In this document: positions 26,701 through 35,700 of the stretch, piece after piece | Numbering within the stretch: the stretch's first letter is position 1 | Layout of the letters: the number at the start of each line of letters is the position of its first letter | Origin: Chiloscyllium plagiosum | Taxonomy: Eukaryota | Length of the DNA: 64,000 nucleotides | Assembly (NCBI RefSeq): GCF_004010195.1 | Contig: NC_057720.1 | Span: forward strand, 10,768,991 to 10,832,990 | Reading direction: 5' to 3' | Position numbers and translations under genes: made by a program | Notes under the pieces: generated by a model | Databases searched by the model: none | Seen by the model: only the letters and a program-made list of their open reading frames with translations | What the model was told of the DNA's origin: nothing

Positions 26701-29700
26701 ATGACAGGCAAGTGGGAGGCTTTCTAAAGTCAATGAGAGTTGAGAGGCAGTATGTACCCTTGAGTGAAGAGTAAGGCTGGTAGGAGTACAGAACAATGGA
26801 TGAATACAGATATTGAAGCTCTGATCAAGAATAAGAAGGAAGCATATGTTAGGTATAGACTATTGGGATGAAGTGAATCTCTTGAAGAGCATAAGGGGTG
26901 TATTCTTAAGAGGTAAATCAGGAGGTGAAAATGAGGTATGAGATAGGCTTGGCAGATAAGGTGAAGGATAATCCAAAGGGATTCTACAAGTACATGAACA
27001 GTAAAGCAACAACTAGAGAGAGAATAAGATTCCTTAGAGCTCAACAAGGTCATCTATATGTGGAACCACAGGAAATTGCAAAGGACTGGATGTAGGTTTG
27101 CTCACTGAGTGGGGAGGTTCATTTCCAGACGTTTCATCACCCTACTAGGTAAAATCTTCAGTGGGCCTCAGGCGAAGCAGTGTACATGATTCCTGCTTTC
27201 TATGTATATGTTTGTGTTTCTTTGGATTGGTGATGTAATTTCCTGTGGTGATGTAATTTCCTGTTCTTTTTCTCAGGGGGTGGTAGATGGGGTCTAACTC
27301 GATGTGTTTGTTGATAGAGTTCCAGTTGGAATGCCATGCTTCTAGGAGTTCTTGTGCATGTCTCTGTTTGGCTTGTCCTAAGATGGATGTGTTGTCCCAG
27401 TCAAAATGGTGTCCTTCCTTATCTGTATGTAAGGATACTAGTGAGAGAGGGTCATGTCATTTTGTGGCTAATTGGTGTTCATGTATCCTGGTGGATAGTT
27501 TTCTGCCTGTTTGTCCAAAACTAGCCACCAGAATTGTGGAAAAAGACATGGAGGCTAGGGAATTTGGAGAAATAAATATTGAAATCTTTAAAACAAGTCC
27601 ATATTACAGAAGAAGAGCTGCTGGAATGCTTAAAAAAGCAGAAAGATGGATAAATCTCCAAGACCTGATCAAGGATATCCCAAGACATTGTGGGAAGCGA
27701 GGGAAAGAATTGCGGGGCACCCAGCAGAGATATTTGTATCATCTACAGCCACGGATCAGGTGATGGAGGACTTGAGGGTAGCTAATGTTGTGCCTTTATT
27801 TAAGAAAGACTGTAAGGAGAAGCCCGGGCACTATAGAATGGCGATTCTGGATCAGTGGTGCTGGAAGAGCACAGCAATTCAGGCAGCATCCGAGGACAGG
27901 CAAAATCGACATTTTGGGCAAAAGCCCTTCATCATTCCTGATGAAGGGCTTTTGCCCGAAACGTCGATTTTGCCTATCCTCGGATGCTGCCTGAATTGCT
28001 GTGCTCTTCCAGCACCACTGATCCAGAATCTGGTTTCCAGCATCTGCAGTCATTGTTTTTACCTCTACTATAGAATGGTGAGTCTAACATCAGTGATGGG
28101 TAAGTTGTTGGAGACGATTCTGAGAGATACAACTTACATGCATTTGGAGAGCCAAGGACTGATTAGGGACAGTGTGGCTTTGTGTATGGGAAATTGGGTC
28201 TCACAGACTTGATTGAGATACTTGAGGATATCACCAAAAAGATAGATGAGGGCAGAGTGCTGAACATTGTCTAATGGTCTTCAGTAAACCTTTGAAAAGA
28301 TTCTGTATCGTAGACTGGTTAGTAAAGTTCGATCACGTGGGATTCAGGGAGAGCCTGCCAATTGGATACAAAATTGGCTCAAAGGGAGGAGAGAGAGGGT
28401 GGTGGTGGAGGGTTGCTTTTCAGACTGGAAGCCTGTGACAAGCAGTGTTCCTCCAGGATCGGTGCCGGGTCCACTGTTGTTTCTCATTTTTATAATCAAT
28501 TTGGCTGAGAATTTAGGAGGCACGGTTAATGGATGACTACAAAATTGGTGGTGTGGAGGAGAGTGAAGAGGGTTATCGAAGATTAAAGTTGGGAGGTCAT
28601 GTTGCAGCCGTACAGGATATTGCTTAGGCCATCTTTGGAATATTGCATGCAATTCTGGTCTCCCTGATATAGGAAGGATGTTGTGAATCTTGAAATGGTT
28701 CAGTAAAGATTTACAAGAATGTTGCCACGGTTGGACGTTTGAGCTATAGGGAGCGGCTGAATAGGCTGGAGGTCTTTACTGTGGAGCACTGGAGGCTGAG
28801 GGATGACCTTATAGAGGTTTATAAAATCATGAGGGGCATATTAGGGTAAAAAATCAAGGCTTTTCCTAGGAGCAGGAGAGACCAGAACTAGGGGACATAG
28901 ATTTACGGTGAGAGGGGAAAGACATAAAAGGGACCTAAGGGGCGACATTTTCAAGTAGAGGGTACTGCTTGAAATGAATGTATGGAATGAGCTGCCAGAG
29001 GAAGTGGTGAAGTCTAGTACAATTGCATCATTTAAAAGGCATCTGGATGGGTATATGAATAGGAAGGGTTTAGAGGGATATTGGCCAAGTGCTGGCAGGT
29101 GGGACTAGATTAGGTTAGGATATCTGGTCGGCATGGACGAGTTGGACCGAAGAGTCTGTTTCCGTGCTGTACATCTCTATGACTCTATGATTCTATTTCG
29201 AAGAGGTCAATGGGCTGAGAAGTGGCAGATGGAGTTTAATTTGGATAAATGTGAAGTATTGCATTTTGGTAAAACAAACAATGACAAAACTTATACAGTT
29301 AATGGTAGGGTCCTGGGTAGCGTTGTTGAGCAGATACCTAGGTGTTCAGATACATAGTTCTTTGAAAGCTGCGTCACAGACAGACAGGGTGATGAAGAAG
29401 TTGAATTGGATTGAATTAGCTTTATTATCATGTACACAAATGAGTACAGTGAAAAATTTACCATTGCTGCATTACAGCGCCATCTCAGGCATAAAAGTAC
29501 CTCAGTCCAGATACTTAAGATCAAATACATTGGAAACAAAACAAATAGGAAAGTAAAGATATAACTAGCCCAGCATTATAGGTCGGGTAATAAATTAGGA
29601 ATATAAAGAAGTTAAAAGTTCAGAATATCAGTCGGAATGTTGCCGTGAGAGTGGTGATTTGTCAATGTCACCTTGTCAGGATGAAGAAGTGGAAGGAGAC

Positions 29701-32700
29701 AGAGTGTAAGCAGCTCCATAGTCACTAACTGTCCCCATTAACAGCTATTCACCCTCCCAGCCAGATTGTTATCCACTCCCTTGTCTGTCCAATTGCTCTT
29801 CCCTCTCTTTGGTCTCTATCCCCACCTATCGTTTATTCCTTACCTCCTCCCTCCACCCTATCTTCTGCATATAAACCGACATTTTCCTAACTACCATCAG
29901 TTCTGAGGAACGGTCACCAGACACAAAAGGTTAACGTTGATTTCTCTTCATAGATGATGCCAGACTTCTGTTTCTTTCAGAAACTTTTGTTTTTGTTTCT
30001 GATTTACAGCATCTGCAATTCTTTCGATGTTTATTTTGCTTCAAAATTAGGTCAGTTTAGCTAATATTGAGGGGCAAAAGCATGGAAGTAGGCCAGTTGT
30101 ACATCATTAGGGGTGTTCAGAACTCACCACTTAAACCCTAAAGAGAATGTGCAAAATGTATTTCCCCAACCTTTTCGTCCTTGCCTACATATGAATCGAA
30201 GGAGCAAAACATTTGGAGGTGGCTGAATGATTCACACTGTTTCCTCACAGCACCCCAGGGACCCAGATTCGATTCCAGCCTTCGGCCACTGTCTGTGTGG
30301 AGTCTGCACATTCGCCCCCTGTCTCTGTGGACTTCCTCCGGGTGGCATGTTCATCAAACACTCCCCACTGAAGGTGAGCCCATTCATGGACTAATACACT
30401 ACCTGTAAAAATAGAAACATTCATGACAACAACGCCCATTTCACTCAGAGCTCAATGGTACGTTTGGCGTATATTGGTGCTGCAAATGTGAAATGAAGGC
30501 TAAGCATAATCTTTAATATGAAGCAGGTCAGGGCGGGTAAAATGGAGGAGAGGGAAGTGGAATGAGAAGCATAAAAAGTAAAGGGAAGGGAAGAACAAAT
30601 TAATACAAATGTTAGCCCCTTGTACGAAAACTCCTATACTTCCATCTATTTTGGTGTACATCAAATGGTTTTCAAATAAAAATTGAAGGATTGTGTTGAG
30701 TCTAAAACCAGAACACCGCAACAAGACCAATGAATATTTGACTTAATCCTGGGTGCATTTATATGAGACGTTTTGACACTGGTTTGTTATAATAGGCTCT
30801 GGGCTTTCACAGATCATCGTCATCATCATAATCATAGTTCCTTGAAAGCAGAGTTGCAGATAGGCAGGGCAGTGTACAAGGCATCTAATATGCTTGTCTT
30901 TATTGGTCAGTGCATTGAGTATAGGAGTAGGGAGGTCATGTTGCCGCTGTACAGGACATTGGTTAGGCACTATTAGAATACTGCATTCCATTCTTGCCTT
31001 CCTGCTTTCTGAATGGTGCTGTGAAACTTAAAATGGTTCAGCAAAGAGTTACAACAATGCTGCCAGTGTTGGAGAGTTTGAGCTATCAGGAGAGGCTGAG
31101 TAGGCTGAGGCTGTTTTCCTTGGAGCATCGGAGGTTGATGGGTGACCTTATAGAGGTTCATAAAATCATTAGGTGCATGTCCAAAGTTAAAAATCACATA
31201 ACACCAGGTTATACTCCAACAGATTTATTTGAAAGCTTTTGAAGCGCTGATGAAGGAGCAGTTCTCCGAAAGCTAGTGCTTCCAAATAAACCTGTTGAAC
31301 TATAATGTGGTGCTGTGTGATTTTTAACTTTGTACACCCCAGTCTAACATTTCCAAATCGTGAGAGGCAGAATAGAAGAAATATTCAAGGTCTTTTCCCT
31401 GGGGTGGGGGGAGTCCAAAACTAGAGGGCATAGGTTTCACATGAGAGGAAAAAGGCTTAAATGTAACATAAGGGGCAACTTTTTACACACAGAGGTTGGT
31501 GCATGTATGGAACGAGCTGCCAGAGGAAGTGGTGGAGGCTGGTACAATTATAGCATTGAAATTTGCATCTGGACATGTGTACGAATAGGAAGGGTTTAGA
31601 GAGATATGAGCCAAATGCTGGCAAATGGGACTAGATAAATTTAGAATATCTGCACAACTCTGTGACTCCAAGTATGATTCTACAAAGTAATGATTATCTC
31701 ACTTTTTAGATTGGAATCAATCTAAACATCAGGTCATAGACAGAGAACACAGGGGGCTAACACCTTCAACATATTGTCTAGCTATCACCATTGTTAACAG
31801 CTAACCCGAGAATGTAACTTTTAAAAAAAAGGTTTTGTGATTTACACATGAAAGAAGTGAAACTATCACTGTATTCTAACAGATGAAAGGCTTAACAGAC
31901 AATTAATTTTTCAATGTATAATTTCAGTTACATCACACCACAAATTTTTGCTATAAATTCTGTGTTACGATCGAGCCCTCCATTATCACCTGATGAAGGA
32001 GCGTCGCTCCGAAAGCTAGTGTGCTTCCAATTGAACCTGTTGGACTATAGCCTGGTGTTGTGTGATTTTTAACTTTCTACAAAGTAAGGCTTTGATCAAT
32101 TTCACCAAACTAAGAACAAATGCGAGTGTGTTTCCAGTGAAAGAGGAAGGGATTATAGTCAACTGCACAGATGGAAGCAATTTCCTGTAAAGTTGTTACC
32201 TCTTTCACCATAAACTTGGATCAGGGCATCATCTAACATGAAGTTTTGGGTAAAGTGAATGTACCGGCCCTTGTCACCACATTGGCCATACTGCAGAGTG
32301 TATGGGTCATCTCCATACTGAGTATGTGGGTTAGCAATGATCACATTAGCCTAGAAAAAGATAAGTAGAGGAAATAACATCAGGGAATAAGATCATCCCC
32401 AAACTACTGTTAAATATAAACCACAAAAGCATGGATACAAAGACAGCAAAGTGAATAAAAAAATGTAAGTAAGAGAAATCTGGACGGTTTCCACTTGTTT
32501 GAAATTCTAAGGAAACAAAATACATTTTTATTAATTTTTCCTTCTAAACATTGGACATACATATGGATAATAATAGAATGCTGTAGGTTAGATGTGCATC
32601 AGATTACTTTCATGGGTTGGCGCAACATCGAGGGCCAAAGGGCCTGTGCAGAGCTGTAATGTTCTGTGTTCTATGTTCTATAAATCAATGTGCAGTCAGC

Positions 32701-35700
32701 AACGTCAAAGGTAAAGCAGAAAGTACTTTCGAAACACTGTCTTGGATCATTGGATAAATAAAATAAAGGATAGATCACTAGTGATGCAATTGGCACTTTT
32801 TCACAAAGTTAAATGTAAAAATATAGTTAAGAGTAGATTAACGTGGATGATAAAATGACCCATGAAATGGTGAAAAAAAGTAATTTTACAATTCCATTAT
32901 TTCAGCTTTTACCTTTTCATAAGACTGGGTGCTTGGTCTCTGATAGTTGGGCTGAGAATTCCAGGTGATGGGCAATAGGATTTTCACATCTCGGAAATAA
33001 GCTCGATGTTTGGTGGCTTTGTACAAGAAGTTTGAAGCTGACCTCACCATTTCCTAAAAGAAAATATTATCAATATATTTCATGGACTTTAAAATTGACT
33101 TAGCATCGGGGAAGAATGGTAGGCATTTATAAACGTATACTGCAACTTGTCTGTACCATCAACAAAGAGGTGTGTTCAGATCACACCTCTGACATGGCAA
33201 AATGCCTCTTTGCACACAACAAGGAATTATAAAACAAAATTTGGCCACATAATAGAATGTTAAGAGATAATCTCGGGTTGGAAAAGTTGATTTTAACATG
33301 CGCCTTGAAGAAGAACTGAAAGTGGAAAGGTGTACAGAGGGATTCACAAAATTAGAATCTAGTCAGCTGAGGGCAATAATGAAATTCAGATTATGTTTGA
33401 TTATTGCTCCTGTACTTCAGTTGTTTAAAGGGGCTATATAAATGAAGTCAGAAGTTATATGACACCCGTTCCAGGTTATCGTCTGACAGATTTATTTAAG
33501 ATGAGGAGGTGGCAGTGTTGGACTTGGGTGGACAAAGTTTAAAATCGCACAACACCAGGTTATAGTCCAATTCGTTTAATTGGTAGAACAAGTTTTCGGG
33601 ACTCAGCTCCTTCGTTAGTTGAATTCTCTTCACCTGATGAAGAAGCAGTGCCTCAAAAGCTTGTGATTTTAAATAAACCTGTTGGACTTTAAGGGATGAA
33701 CTCGGATTTCACCAGTTTCCTCATTTCCCCTCCCCCCAGCCTGTCTCAGTCAAATCCATCAAATTCAGCACCGCCTCCCTAACCTGCAATCTTCTTCCCG
33801 ACCTCTCCGCCCCCACCCCAATCTGTCCTATCACCCTCACCTTGACCTTTGTCCACCTATCACATTTCCGACGCCCCTCCCCCAAGTCCCTCCTCCCTAT
33901 CTTTTATCTTAGCCTGCTGGACAAACTTTCCTCATTCCTGAAGAAGGGCTAATGCCCGAAACGTCGATTCTCCTGTTCCCTAGATGCTGCCTGACCTGCT
34001 GCGCTTCTCCAGCAACACATTTCCATCTCTGATCTCCAGCATCTGCAGACCTCATTTTCTCTTCAAAGATTATAACCTGGTGTTATGTGACTTCTGACTT
34101 TGCCCACCCCAGTCCTAAACCGGCATATCATATGTAAATGAAAATTGCTTTTGTTCTGCCTTATACTCACAGTTCAGATCTGATACGTTAGCTCTGGGTG
34201 AAATTGGAAGGGGAACCGAACAGTCTCCTTTTACCATTTTAAAGGGGCACCAGCTCATTGTTACCCAGTATCATCAGTAAAGATTACCCAACTGACCCTG
34301 ATTCCCAGTGTGGAAATTTGGTAAAGCGCAATGTAAGAAAGATGTGGAGGAGCTGGTGTTGCACTGGGGTGGACAAAGTTAAAAATCACACAACACCAGG
34401 TTATAGCCCAACTATATTTGGAAGCACTAGATTTCAGAGCGCTGCTCCTCCATAAGGTGGTTGTGAAGTATAGCATCATAAGACACAGAGTTTATAGCAA
34501 AAGATTTCAGTGTGATGCAACTGGAATGATGTATTGGACAAACCTCGATTACACACACACACACACACACACACTCTTTCACAGGTGTAGACTCCATCAC
34601 ACCCACACACACACTTTACCAAGCTTTCACACACGCAAACACATGCTCTCTCACAACACTCACACTCAAACATGCACACACTCACTCTCTTTCATGCATG
34701 CACGCACACATATACGACTATGAGGTAAAATTGTACTTGCAGAATTAGATTTGCAGATATATTCTATTTTGCTCAAAAAATTGACAAGCTACAGGCAGTC
34801 AATGCGTGCAGTCAATACATGTAATATTTTGTAAATTCCACTGTTGAAATAGAACCAGTCTGGCTCAAGACTCTGACCTCGCACTTTTAATGCATTGTCT
34901 GAGCTGAGATGTCTTTTTTTATATAAAACTTTAAGCTATCTCGAGAAGGTGACGTAAGAGCAGACCTAGGATTTACACACTAATGAATCGAAACCCGCAA
35001 TCCATTCTAAAAGATGAAAGACTTAGCAAACAATCCAGGTTTGTTCAATATATCATTTCAGTTGAATCACACTGAAATCTTTTGCTAAAAATTCTGTCTT
35101 ATGATCTTATACTCCACAACCACCTGATGAAGGAGCAGCACTCCAAAAGCTAGTGCTTCCAAATAAATCTGTTGGAATATAACCTGGTGTAGTGTTATTT
35201 TTAACAATGTAAAAAGGCATTTGGTATGTTTCCCTTTACTGGTCAGTGCATTGAGTAGAGGAGTCGAGAGGTCATGTTTCAGCTGTACCAGACATTGGTT
35301 AGGCCACTTTTGGAATAGTGCATGCAATTCTGGTCTCCCTGCTATAGGACAGATGTTGTGAAACTTGAAAGGGTTCAGAAAAGACTTACAAGGATGTTGC
35401 CAGAGTTCAAGGATTTGAGCGATAGGGAGAGGCTAAACAGGGTGGGGCTATTTTCTCTGGAGTGTCAGAGACTGAGGAGTGACCTTATAGAAGTTTATAA
35501 AATCATGAGGGGCATGGATAGGGTAAATAGACAAGGTTGTTTCCCTGGGTTGATGGAGACCAAAACTAGAGGGCATAGGTTTAAGGTTAGAGGGGAAAGG
35601 TATAAATGGGTCTGAGGGGCAACTTTCCATGCAGGGAGTGGTGGGTGTATGGAATGAGCTGCCAGAGGAGGTGGCGGAGACCGGTACAATTCCAACATTT

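Larger units (their letters stand above)
23950..29200 (+). mobile_element. Long degenerate CR1 LINE hosting nested insertions
   Basis: ORF1 end, LNCIYFNA endonuclease start, RT and 3' tail; interrupted at 24687-26108, 27085-27520 and 27842-28066. Confidence 0.8.

Noticed and set aside
30060..30214. Possible displaced 3' half of exon 4 beyond the SINE
   Set aside because: The minus frames I read (30121-30200) show no CLCA-like sequence, and the SINE is truncated with no TSD, so a simple insertion is not supported.
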